A DNA stretch of 63,936 nucleotides, filler included, from Dugesia japonica (taxonomy: Eukaryota): assembly GCA_001938525.1 (NCBI GenBank). It is 6 parts of 6 records of this genome, joined end to end, with 100 filler letters (N's around TTAATTAATTAA, not from the genome) between each part and the next. Parts side by side here need not be neighbours in the genome. Positions count along the whole stretch, not along the records: positions 1 to 9,405 come from MQRL01365001.1; positions 9,506 to 21,287 come from MQRL01473254.1; 4 more parts are not named here. One strand, given 5' to 3'. Positions 1 through 12,533 of the stretch are shown in pieces; the first letter of the stretch is position 1; each line of letters opens with the position of its first letter. The notes beneath the pieces are model-generated. The model made no database searches. It worked only from the letters and a program-made list of their open reading frames with translations, and was not told the DNA's origin. Both the position numbers and the translations under genes were made by a program.

Positions 1-76
1 TTGGAAATAACCATTGATCGTTTTATAGAATTCATATAATATAAAAGCTTAGATCAAAATTATTGATTTTGGATCA

Positions 77-113
77 CAATTCGATATTTCGACCTTGTCT
101 TCGTCAGGAATTG
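77..113 (-). ncRNA. Minimal type I hammerhead ribozyme (Penelope/retrozyme type)
   Basis: Minus strand reads CAAUUC-CUGACGA-A-GAC(AAG)GUC-GAAA-UA-UC-GAAUUG: intact core, 3-bp stem II, palindromic AUAU stem III, AUC cleavage triplet, perfect 6-bp stem I. Confidence 0.8.
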
Positions 114-318
114 ACTTTTTTGACTTTTTGAAATATATTAATCAACCAATCACCACTAGTCTATCACGCGCTTAAAACATGTTGAAACATTTCTTGGTTT
201 TCTAATCACACCCGGAATCATTGATTTATTTTCATTGTTATTATTTATGTATTAGTCTTTATTGTTTTGTTATTATTATTATCGTTATTATTATTATCAT
301 TATTATTATTTTTTACAG

Positions 319-462
319 TCATGTGAAATATGCCTCAGTGACAAAATCAATTGTATGCTAGAATGCGGCCATCCATTTTGTCGAAATTGCATTAATCGAG
401 TAGACCTTTGTCCAAAGTGCCGTCGGAAGAAAACAAAGATTCTTAATTTATTTTTACCATAA
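319..462 (+). CDS. Terminal exon encoding a C3HC4 RING finger (IAP/MDM2-like C-terminal RING)
   Basis: Acceptor TTTTACAG at 311-318, then SCEICLSDKINCMLECGHPFCRNCINRVDLCPKCRRKKTKILNLFLP*. The Tyr-rich ORF start is intronic (TAT)n. Confidence 0.8.
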   Translation, partial: SCEICLSDKINCMLECGHPFCRNCINRVDLCPKCRRKKTKILNLFLP

Positions 463-1284
463 ATTTATATTCTTATTTTTTGATAGTAATTATTAAATTT
501 TGTACTTAGAAATATATTTTTTAATGTAATTTACTTTATTAGTGTTTTACTGTTTAATCAATTTCAATCTATAAATAAATAAATAATTATTTGTCATTTG
601 AATTTAATTCAAGACAACATTGATTTTATTGGTATTTTCCATGATTAATGTTGAATACAATATGTTTCTGAAAATTAATGAGATTGCTTCTGTAATTCCG
701 AATTATAAATGTTGGTGCTTGTTGACTTACTCTTTAACTTCAAATACTTGTTACACGTTTGACTTTAATAACGGGAAAAAAACTGATCGCCTATGGGTAA
801 GTAGATGAATATATGTGCATGGCGCCACCTGTGAAAAAAATCTAGTCTATTATATAATCAATGCACACATAATTAGCGTGAGGTTTGACATATTTAGAAA
901 TACATAGCATTTAGAAATACATGAAACCATATACAATTACCATGTTACTTAAAAAATATTATCATTATTATTAATATAATATGATTACTAAGAATTTTTC
1001 TTTTAACAACAATAAATATATATTACCTATTAAAAATTATAACGATATAAAATACATATTTCTTATTAATACTCAAATAAATTTAATGAGTTATTATAGT
1101 TTTTATAAAAATAACAACAATACATATTTCCTTATTATTAACATATACATAATCAATAAATAAAAAAAAATAACAAATATAACAAAAATTTATTTCGCCA
1201 TTTAAACTAAAATCGTCGTCTTCTTTGACAAGCTGAGTTCATTTAAACAGCAATTTAATACTTATTATGTAATTATTAATTTTA

Positions 1285-1625
1285 TAATGACTAAATGCCA
1301 TACTAGTATTTCTTTCGCTCCAAAAGTGCTTATCATCCAGGCAAGACAATAAACGTTTCGTACTCTTTATTGTCTAAGTCTGATGATATATTATTTGGAA
1401 GCTAGTCTGCATAACTTTGTTTGATTCTTCATCGCCGTCTCCATCTTTGTTGTATGCATTTAAATAATTTCAATGATTGATATATGTTTGTTTTAAACTG
1501 ATCTCTTTTGCCTTCATTGTCATACTAGCATCTGCTTTCTTCAAATTATAACATTTAGGCACAGAAATATCTATTCAGTATAATTTTTACCGTCTCCATC
1601 ATCTTTAAACAATCCAATTCTGTTG
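1285..1625 (-). pseudogene. Polinton/Maverick protein-primed PolB C-terminal relic
   Basis: Manual translation RIGLFKDDGDGKNYTE*IFL..PKCY...MKAKEISLKQTYINH...TIKSTKRLLSCLDDKHFWSERNTSMAFSHYKI resembles the pPolB G.FKDE, KAKG and LS..DDKRY..LA.GHY motifs; stops and frameshifts present. Confidence 0.7.
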
Positions 1626-1754
1626 GCTACATCATTGGAACATCATTTTGTTTCTTCTCTCCGGTACGGTCTCCACCTGTTACACCCGTGTCACTCTTTA
1701 CTACGTTAATAGGTTCTCTTCTTTCTATTTTTTCAACTAATGACAGTGTTAATT

Positions 1755-4360
1755 TACTGAGTAATTTAAGAATAAATGTCTATTTAGTGAGGATATTATT
1801 TGATACATTTAATTTGTAAGAATGATCATATTGATACTGTGAAAATATTGATATCTTACTATTGTGATATAACTACATCTAATAGTGCAATTTATTCGTT
1901 ATTTACTAAATAAATTATAAATAAATACGTAAATAGTATTGTTGTCAACCAATTCTTTTGCTTCTTAGAATTGTCATATTGATAGAAATCAAGTGCAATA
2001 TCTAATAATCTGTTAATATGATTTATTGGATATTTCGTTATTTATACAAAAATTTGTAAGAATGATCATATTGATACTGTGAAAATATTGATATCTTACT
2101 AATGTGATATAACTACATCTAATAGTGCAATTTATTCGTTATTTACTAAATAAATTATAAATAAATACGTAAATAGTATTGTTGTCAACCAATTCTTTTG
2201 CTTCTTAGAATTGTCATATTGATAGAAATCAAGTGCAATATCTAATAATCTGTTAATATGATTTATTGGATATTTCGTTATTTATACAAAAATACCATAA
2301 TTAATTTTGTTTCACAATTACGAAATGCTTGATGAATTAGCATTCACTTAGTCGAAATATAATTTTAAAGGTGGCGTTTGCAAATAGTAAGATTGGTATT
2401 GTTAATATATTGATTGATAATAAATGGGATATCCATTTGTATGATAATATTGTAGATTTTAGAATAGTTACTGAGTAATTTATGAATAAATGTTTATTTA
2501 GTGGGGATATTATTTGATACATTTAATTTGTAAGAATGATCATATTGATATTGTGCAAATATTGATATCTTACTACTAGTATATAGCCGCATCTAATAGC
2601 GTAATTTATTCGTTATTTACTAAATAAGTTATAAATAAATATGTAAATAGTTTTGTTGTCAACAGATTCTTTAGCTTCTTAGAATTGTCATATTGATATT
2701 ATGAATATATTGATAGAAATCAAGTGCAATATCAATTAATCTGATAATATGATTTATTCGATATTTCCTTATTTATACTTAAATACCATAATTAATTTTG
2801 TTTATCAATTACGAAATCCTTGATGAAAGAGCATTCACCTTGCTGAATTATTTACTTTTAAGTGTGGCGTTTGCGAATAGTAATATTGGTAATGATAATA
2901 TATTGATTGCTCATAAAATGTATACCCATTTATAAGATAAGATTGTAGATTTTAGTTTAGTTACTGAGTAATTTGTGAATAAATGTCTATTTAGTAGGGA
3001 TATTATTTGATACATTTAACTTGTAAAAATGATCATATTGTGAAAATATTGATTGAAATCAAGTGCAATATCAATTAATCTGATAACCTGCTTTATTTGG
3101 TATTTCCTTATTTATACATAAATTCTATAAGTAATTTTGTTTATCAATTACATAATGCTTGATGAATTAGCATTCACCTAGTCGAAATATATACCTTTAA
3201 AGGAGGCTTTTAAGAATAGTAAAATTTATATTGTTAATATATTGATTGCTAATAAATGGGATATCCATTTATATGATAATATTGTAGATTTTAGTTTAGT
3301 TATTGAGTAATTATTATGTTTAAATTTTTATTTAGTGGCAATATTTTTTGATACATTTAATTTGTAAGAATGATCATATTGATTTTCGGAAAATATTGAT
3401 TTCTTACTACTGTGATATAAATGCATCTAATAGATTAATTTATTCGTTATTTACTAAATAATTTATAAATAAATACGAAAATAGTTTTGTTGTCAACCTA
3501 TTATATTACTTCTTGGAATGGTCTTATTGATATTGTGCAAATATTGGTAGAAATCAAGTGCAATATCAGTAAATCTGATAATGTAATTTATTTCAGATTT
3601 CCTTATTTATACATAAATAACATAAGTAATTTTGTTTATCAATTACGAAATGCTTGATAAATTAGCATTCACCTTGTCGAAATATATACCTTTAAAGGTG
3701 GCTTTTGCGAATAGTAAAATTTGTATTGGTTATATATTGATTGCTTATAAATGGAATATCCATTTGTATGATAATATTGTAGATTTTAGTTTAGTTATTG
3801 AGTAATTTATGAATAAATGTCTATTTAGTAGGAATATTATTTGATACATTTTACGTGTAAGAATGATCATATTGATATAGTGAAAATATTGATATCTTAC
3901 TTCTGTCATATAACTACATCTAATAGTGTAACTTATTCTTTTTTTCTAAATAATTTATAAATAAATACGTAAATATGTGGACTTTGCTTATAGTAATATT
4001 GGTATTGTTAATATATTTATTGCTTAGAAATGTGATAACCATTTTTCTGATAACATTGAAGATGTTTCTTTGCTTAAAGTGTTATCTATGAATAAACTAT
4101 TATTTAAAGAGGATATCACCAATACATTTTAATCATATTAAAATTGTGACAATATTGATATCTTACTAATGTGATATAACTGCATTTAATAGTGTAATTT
4201 ATTTATTATTTACTAAATAAGTTATGAATAAATACATAAATAGTTTTAATGTCAACCTTTTCTTTTGCTTCTTAGAATGTTCATATTGACATTGAGCAAA
4301 TATTGATAGGAAGCAAGTACGATATCAATAAATCTGATAATTTGATTTACATTGGAAAAA
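1755..4360. repeat. Tandem satellite, ~490-bp degenerate units
   Basis: Block gtaatttatgaataaatgtctatttagt..gatattatttgatacatttaatttgtaagaatgatcatattga recurs at ~1760, 2476, 2968, 3307, 3802 and, degenerately, 4085; near-exact 240-bp internal duplication at 1813-2292. Confidence 0.9.
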
Positions 4361-4943
4361 TATTGTCTCACTTACGTAATAATCTGATTTCGTCAGAAGG
4401 GGGTTGTTCGCACAGAGTAAAACCAGTCCGCATATATCCTACTACTTATTTATNNNNNNNNNNNNNNNNNNNNNNNNNNNNNNNNNNNNNNNNNNNNNNN
4501 NNNNNNNNNNNNNNNNNNNNNNNNNNNNNNNNNNNNNNNNNNNNNNNNNNNNNNNNNNNNNNNNNNNNNNNNNNNNNNNNNNNNNNNNNNNNNNNNNNNN
4601 NNNNNNNNNNNNNNNNNNNNNNNNNNNNNNNNNNNNNNNNNNATTATTCGAGATGTTTTCATATCTCCAAACCACAAATGAAGTTAAAGACAATTGGAAC
4701 ATGTTAATATACGAACATGCGCTTAAAAGTATAGCAAATACGACAAAAATGGATTATTTTTTGGAGGCGCTATGGCTAAACAAAAATCCGGTTAACGAAA
4801 AAAAGTCAAAACATGTGAATCAAAGATAAAGAAAAAGTTAACCGTGTAACATCTGAAAAACAATCATCCAGTTAAAAATACATATCAATTTAAAATTTAT
4901 AAAGTAGATTAATATAGAATATAAGACATCACACTGGTCACAT

Positions 4944-7680
4944 TGTGATATAATAATTAAATTAAAAATTAATTGCTTAAATATTCAGATTTAAGAAGAC
5001 GATAGTTTGAACCTTTATATTTTAATAAATATTATTTTAGTAATATATCGTTAATATGGCGTCAGGAGCAGAACTTTACAAATGTTTATCAAATATATTC
5101 AACATAGTTCAGAAGCTGCTAAGTTTTCATAAATTTAAAAACTACATTCTTAATTTTAAGATTGAAGATGGCAAGATGCCCAATATGAATTATTTTCCTT
5201 GCCAGATTACCAGAATGATGAAGATGACTTTACCTTGTTAAACAATAAATTTGTTGGATTGTACAAAGTTAAAGATTCGAGGATTTTTCCTATTACATTA
5301 CTCACACAGATTAAACAAAATGACATCTCTTTAAGAGAATTTATTACAAAATTGAGATTGTACTTATTTAAAAGTAAACCAGAACTAAATTGCGAGGACA
5401 GAGAAAAGATTTTAATATTCACTAAAACAGAAGGTAGCATAGTTGGAACAAATGGTAATCAGGATATCTAGAGATATAAATAATGGAAGAAATAGATCTG
5501 GAGTCACTAATACAAGGGTTAATAATGAAATTCGGGATAGAAATATCCAAATTAAAGATATTAAATGTCTCAACCCCCTTATTCCTCCCCCTTCGCGGAA
5601 AAAAAGTAATAGGTAAGGATATATATTTTTATGTTTTCGTGATGGAAAAAGGTTTTTAAACTTTTTGGCGGTAAAATTTTAAAAAAGTTTGAAATTTTTT
5701 TAAAAAGCTGCAGAATTTCTGATCAGATCAAATTTAGTATTTATGCACGCGGAATGTGCACCTACTTTTTTGGTGCTATTTTCATTTAAGTGTGTGAAAT
5801 GTGCTGATCGATATTCATACGAAAACTCTTTTAGCATTCAACTGCACTATACTGTTATTGATTTTCACTTTTTGAAATCAAAACCATTGCTAACGAAGTG
5901 AGAACAAAATTCTATTATCTAAAGAACTTTTGGTGTCAAGTGCTTCGTTTTCGATATAAAGATTGGTTGCGTACTGCTTAACCTGACTAGTTATCGCGCA
6001 TTGGCAAAGAAAAGTGTTCCAATTCCTTTAATTATCATCTGATGGCATCAAACTTGGTATCGATAGATACGCACTTGGATGACACTCATAAATCATAATA
6101 TTTTCGAAGTCAAGAAAATCAATACTCACCAATACATTATAATATTTTTGTAGATTTATATATTCCATAATTAAATCAGTACATCTTTTAGAGTAAAGTA
6201 CTTTTGTTTTATTAAACCTATTATGATTTGTGTATAATTATATGAAGTATGTATTATTCTGACGAGATTTGAATATAAATTATTAAAATTTGTATGTACC
6301 CTTATGCAATTATTGTATACTCATGAATATAATACATGATTTATATAACTTACCTTACTTTTTAAAGTTTTATATATAAAGCAGGTAAGACATATGTATA
6401 TATTTTTATAAAATTTGTCTTGTGATCAATAAATAAGTATATTTTTGTATATAATTTGGTTATATTTATATAAAGTTATACATGTGGATATTTAATTAGT
6501 ATATGTTTTTAAAAAACTGATAAATTTGTATATATTTTCTGTATATTTTTAATGTAAACTGAGTTTATATCTATTAAATAATGTATACGCGTATGATTTA
6601 ATGAAGATTACATTTCGTTTGTTTGGTTCATTATGTCTGAGTTAATATTCTTCTATATGCTATATACACAAGTAAATAATAATGTTTTTTCATTACCACA
6701 TTTCGATATAATTTCGTACAAAATATATACTATTTTTATATGTATACGCTAATTCAATCAGTATGTATTCATTAAGACATACAACACTGATATACAAAGA
6801 AGACGACGAGAAGCAAATTATTCGAGTTTTAAAAATGATTTTACGTCTCAAAGAAAAAAGTAAATAATAAAATATTATCATAACATGGGTCATGCATGAT
6901 TTATAAAGACAAAATTATTAATTCAGAAGTATTGTGACTATGAAAGTCAGTTAAAAAAAATTTTTATAGAAAATTTTAGTCAAGTTCTTAAAAATAAATC
7001 AAACATTTGCAAGCTCATACTATTACCAAGGGAAAGGGTTGGTAGAAATAATTTTTAGAAATGCGAAAGATATAATTTATGCAACCAGTTTGTAAAATTG
7101 TAACAAATTGGATAGATGCTATTCCATTTGTCAAAATGGGTGAGAATAACAAAAAATGAAACAATTAATTATTCTCCTTTTGAAAAAATCAAAATTTAAA
7201 AGCAAAAGAGAATGTAATTATTAATAATGACCATCCAATAAAAATTGGCGATGTTCAAATAAGAAATGAAAGGAATGCTAAAGAAGTGATATAAAGCAAA
7301 AAGTCAGGTTACGGAAATACTACCATATGATAATAAAAGAATGAGCTACAAAAGGAAATCACTAATTCGTAATGTTAATCAAATAAAAAATTCACATTAG
7401 AAAAGCTAGAGGAGAAAGGAGAAGAGTCTTAAGAACAAAATAATTATAAGTCAATTAAAAGGACGTTTAATAATAAAACCTGAACAATTAACAATCGATA
7501 TAAAAAGAAATTCTACAAGAGAAAGACGTAAACCAAAAAGATTCAGGGAATTCAAATGATAAAAAGAGGGAATGATATAATATCTTAATTAAAAACGAAT
7601 GGTTTAAATATTCAGATTTAAGAAGATAGTTTGAACTTGTGTATTTTAATAATTATTATTTTAGTAATTTATCATTAACA
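4944..7680 (+). mobile_element. Decayed Ty3/gypsy-like LTR retrotransposon with ~110-bp LTRs
   Basis: Similar direct repeats at 4944-5056 and 7573-7680 (3' copy TG...CA). PBS TGGCGTCAGGAG at 5057 (tRNA-Leu-like), PPT AAAAAGAGGGAA before the 3' LTR, near-TSD CACAT/CAGAT, integrase-tail-like RNSTRERRKPKRF at ~7506-7545. Confidence 0.8.
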
Positions 7681-9405
7681 CAGATTACGTCTAATAAACG
7701 AAAAATATTGTATTGAGTCTTTTCCAATAATTAAATTATAAAATTAATATGGAAGCTTGCCAAAATGAGAATAAATAGATCATAAAGCACAAACCGAAAA
7801 ATATTAGATGTGTTTTTAAATCTGATAACTAATTATTGTGAATAAAAAAAACAAATAAATTATCTCACGTTGGAATCCCAACATAATTAATTAAACAAAT
7901 TAATAGTTTCAAACATGAGTGAGAATAATACAGTAATAAGGTTTAATAAAGATAATTATGAGATGATTAAACAATCATCTATCAGTGCTAGTCTAAATAA
8001 ATTATGTTTGATTGTATGTGTGTATGAAAATGTATGTTGATTTATTGGTTTCAGTCCCGTATTATTATTTCATAGATTTTCTCAAGACTTCTATATATAT
8101 ATATATATATATATAGATGGTCAAATGGTCAGAAAATATATTTTAGAAACTGTATTTGGACTTCTTAATAACAGTAATTTTGAAATGTTTAATAAATAAT
8201 ACAAAATTTTACGATTTAGCAAAAACATGATAAATTTAATTTATTCATATTTCGTGTCTATCAATTCAAACATTTGATTTAGAATCATTGGTTATTTATT
8301 AGATAATATTTTGACTAATCAAGTTTCCGGTTCAAAATAAATAAAACATTCCTCAATGAATTATTTCTATTATGCCAAATATTTGTAAGCTATTTTTGTC
8401 TTAATATTGTATCACCTAATTACTAAAATTATTAATTTAAATTCAATCTAAAGGTGTTATTACTGTTAATGGTAATAATCTAACAAAAAAGACAGAAGTA
8501 AAATTTGAACATGAAAGAAAGAAAATTTTTATTGTTTTAAATTAAATTCAATTTTACAAATTGTTTTTATTTTCAGTGTTTGAATTATATCTTAAGATTC
8601 AGAATCAATTTCTCGAACATGTCAATTTATATTTAAAATCAACAACCAAATGATGTCTGAAATGATCAAATGCCGAAAAGCATACGCTTTAGCAAACGTC
8701 TGATCATTATGGATTGCATAGGATGTAAAGAAGGCCGTACCAGAATCTGATTGTTGATCACCGAGGAAGATTTATTGGGCTGACATTCTTTGTGATGAAT
8801 TAAATGTATAACGTATAACGTTTTATTTTTAGTTTTTAGACCAAAGAAAGAAAAAAATAGAAAATCTCAGCACACCATCAAGAAAATTTTCTCAGAAAAC
8901 GGGTTAACGAAAAGAATTACAAGGACCTGGGGTAGATGATAACAGTGTACACGGAACTGTCAAATTTCTACATGCTTCTGGTTATCTATCCCTAGAACAT
9001 CAAGCAATAGAGAATGAAGGAGGACTGAATAAAGAAAAGACAGGAAAGAGTTAAATGAAACCATGAAGCCCATAAATGTTTTTTTAGGATACTTAATGTC
9101 AATGAAATAATTAAAAAGTGCATTGTTTGAATTAAATCACGAAATGTCTCCAGATTATAAACATTTGAATAAATAATTTTTTATATATAAATGCTTAATG
9201 CGCAATGCTGAGAATATTATCACAGTTGAAGAGAGAAAATTCAGACGCAAATAAAAGTTAATATAAATTTAATGTTTATTTTTCAAAGTAAAATTTCCCA
9301 CAGTTAAAAACATAAAATTATATGAACATACAACTAAAAATAATTAAGTATGAAAATCCCCACGCTTGAAAACAATTAAATTGCATTGTTTACGGTGTGA
9401 AAATT

Positions 9406-9505
9406 NNNNNNNNNNNNNNNNNNNNNNNNNNNNNNNNNNNNNNNNNNNNTTAATTAATTAANNNNNNNNNNNNNNNNNNNNNNNNNNNNNNNNNNNNNNN
9501 NNNNN
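9406..9505. other. Artificial contig spacer (N44-TTAATTAATTAA-N44)
   Basis: Same 100-bp all-frame-stop linker at 21288-21387, 31371-31470, 43422-43521 and 55389-55488. Confidence 0.95.
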
Positions 9506-10002
9506 CAAAATGAAAAACATAAAAAATTAAATAAAATAAAAGCCATTATTTAATTTTGTCCATAGATACGTAATGAAAATAAACGGTGAGAAAATCAAGA
9601 TTCAGTATGATACTAGAATATTTTGAATTTGATATCGATTTAAATAGTGATAATTTTTTTAATGATTTTATATTTCACCGATTATGACAAAAAACACAAA
9701 GTTTCTCATTTCAAATAGAAATATTTCCAACAAACTTATAATAAAATATAAATATTACGTAACCAAAATGTGAAATACAGATAATTTTAAAAAATAATGT
9801 ACTGAATGTGAAAATCAAGCTTTTATTTTTACATCGGCTTTAAATCCGTCCATGAAGAATAACAATTAATACCTCGAAAAAAAATTAGACAACTTATTTT
9901 CAAAAAATTTAAAACATTTCTCTATCTGATGCTAAATTATAGTCTCAAAACTTCTGTATCTCTAAAAAATTGTGAAAAGGTGAATTATGTAAAATCTATA
10001 TA

Positions 10003-10163
10003 CAATGAAAGCCGCTTAATTGGAACACATCTGGATAGCGACCTTTTGGCATGATTATCTAAAGTAACGCGAAAACGTTAATTGATTCCGTTTTTCATGT
10101 TTTGGGCAAAAAATTCAGCATAACCTATTAATATTTGATGGTTCAATAAAGTGGATTTTACTG
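10003..10163. mobile_element. pogo/Tigger-like MITE
   Basis: TA-flanked imperfect TIRs: CAATGAAAGCCGCTTAATTGGAAC versus rc CAGTAAAATCCACTTTATTGAAC. Confidence 0.6.
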
Positions 10164-11242
10164 TACAAAGTAATTAATGCATGTCGAATTAGTATTATTT
10201 TCAATATTTGCGACTTAAACATAATATATTCAAGTCAATTAAATATTAATTTAAAGGTTATAGTAATTTGATTTAAATATTTAAAATAATTCGCCCGTCA
10301 ATGCATCACTAGATAAATTTAATAATTAATAAGATAAACTATTCAAAGCAAAATGTATTTTAGATTTTCAGAATGAAGCTTTAATTTAAAAATTATTTTT
10401 ATTAACTGATTTATTTTATACATTTTCAACAAATAATAGATTGGTTTCTTGTCTAATTATTTCACTGATAAGTTTTCAAATTGACAAAATTTTGCTTTAA
10501 ATAAAATTTTGATATAGACGAATGTATTAAATTAGCTTTATTTGTATTCATTTTATTTTTTATTAATATCCTTTATTACGTTTGTAAATTTCGGATAAGG
10601 TACATTTAGCCAAATTATCCAAAATTTAAATTAATAAAATAAAATAAAACCTAGCAATAAAATCCAGTGGAATAAAATTTAAAAATAAGATATTGATGGA
10701 TGCTTTTTGTTGAAAATCTAAATTAACATTTTGAATAAATTGCATTTCAATAAATGTTAAAATATTTTCTATAATAATTAATAAAAATATAATTTTTCTT
10801 GAAAAAAGAAAAGGTAACATCATATATTAATATAACATGATCAATTAATAAAATAATTTAGTTATTTCATGCATTTACATTGTTAATACCATTTGTTTAA
10901 AAAACAATTAATAACTTCACACGTCAAAAATATTACAATAATATATCTACTAAATGAATAATATAATTTATGTAGCAGAATTTATTATCAGTTTGAAAAT
11001 AGAATATAATTTGCAATAATTAATGCATTGAGATTAATACGCCATTAATTATAAAGCATTAACAAATTTCGGCTTCATTTAGAAAATTCAAATTACAAAT
11101 TTTATATTTTGTTTTATATCAAAAATTAATAAATTGCCTAATTTAGATAGATAGCGATTGATAAAAAGGAAAAATGTGTTAAGAACATTTATTAAAATTA
11201 AAATGAGGACTGTGAAATAATAAAAATAGAAGCTGTGTACAG

Positions 11243-11710
11243 CAGCGTTTTCCAAACTGTGAGGCCCGCCTCCCTAGGGAGGCGCGAATATTAGTCACAG
11301 TGAGCAATTTTCCAAATGACTGCTAAAGTTTTATCTGTAAGAAATGGAAGAATAAATAAAAAAATATTTTTATTGACTGCTTAATTATTAAATTATTTTC
11401 TGCCTTAGCTGCAATGAAATCAAAATATCGAGCTCGTATAGTTGTAGAAAAAGAGCTACGAGTAGCTATTTCGTCACTAAAACCTAGATTTGATAAACTA
11501 TGTGCTAATAGACACATGTGCGCATCCATCTCATTAAAAAACAATAATAAAATATCGTTATTAATTTGTTTTGTTTTCCATTAGTTTATATTCTTAGTAG
11601 TAAAAATTTTTGTGTTTTTATTATGTTATGAAATGGAGGGGGGAGTGGAGACGCCAAATGATTAAATATTTTTAAGGGAGGCGTAGTAACATCAAGTTTG
11701 GAAACCACTG
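11243..11710 (+). mobile_element. Non-autonomous hAT (Buster/Charlie-type) element
   Basis: TIRs CAGCGTTTTCCAAACT / AGTTTGGAAACCACTG, perfect 8-bp TSD GTGTACAG, internal transposase tail FSALAAMKSKYRARIVVEKELRVAISSLKPRFDKLC. Confidence 0.92.
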
Positions 11711-11949
11711 GTGTACAGCATTGAATTAAATAAATTATTGAATTAAATTAAATAAAAAATAACAATATTATTCAACGATAATTTATAAACTGATAACTTT
11801 ATGAATCAATCTAGTAACTTCTAAGAACAAATTAATAATTAAATAAAATTGAATTAATATTTATTTAATAAAAAAAACTTAACTATATATTTAAAAATAA
11901 CGAATTTAGTTTAATCAAACTAAAAATAAAATGTTATAATTAGAACCTG

Positions 11950-12533
11950 TATTCAATAATTCAGATCCAGATCAAGATGAATTCGATTTTGAGCAAAATA
12001 ACCCTGATTTTGCGTTTGATCATGATGTTATTGTTGTTGAAGAAAATAAAGCTCATAATGAAAAAACAAATTTAAAACAGAGGTTAGAAGAATCAATGCA
12101 AGCGATTTTAAAGCAATCTCAGCCAGTTGCAAATAATTTTATAACATTAACAAGAGAATATAATTCATACGAAGTGACTGGACAACTGACCGCTAATCTG
12201 AAAAATTAAAAAAAAGCAATTATGACAATAAAACCCACATCGACAGAAAATAAAAATAGTTTTTCCATATCAAGGCATATCTTTCAAAAAAGAGAAACAG
12301 GTTGAAGGATTCTTAGATTGACTGTTTAACCTTTTTAAAGCATTATTTTATGAAAAAATAAATTTAATCTGTTATTCTAATTTTTATGTATACACAATTT
12401 GCTAATACACTTATAATGTAAACAGAGTTTTTCTTATATTTTTTATACTAATGAATTTATATAAAATATTTTTTCCCGGGAATGCCTGAATCTGGAAAAA
12501 AATAACCGCTTTCCGGGAAAATGCATATCTCTA
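11950..12533 (+). mobile_element. hAT transposase 3' relic with right terminus
   Basis: IMTIKPTSTENKNSFSISRH..KKRNRLKDS*IDCLTFLKHYF resembles the hAT dimerisation domain; ends TTCCGGGAAAATGCATATCTCTA. Confidence 0.7.

Noticed and set aside
262-318. Tyr-rich N-terminus of the RING ORF
   Set aside because: (TAT)n intronic microsatellite upstream of a splice acceptor.
2325-2362. Hammerhead-like TTGATGA...GTCGAAATAT in satellite units
   Set aside because: Core C3 missing, no G-C closing pair for stem II and no stem I complement.
4303-4829. ORFs spanning N runs (also near 24.9, 26.8, 29.5 and 60.2 kb)
   Set aside because: Length comes from translated Ns; a faint LEALWL..NPVN GIY-YIG-like tail was too weak to call.
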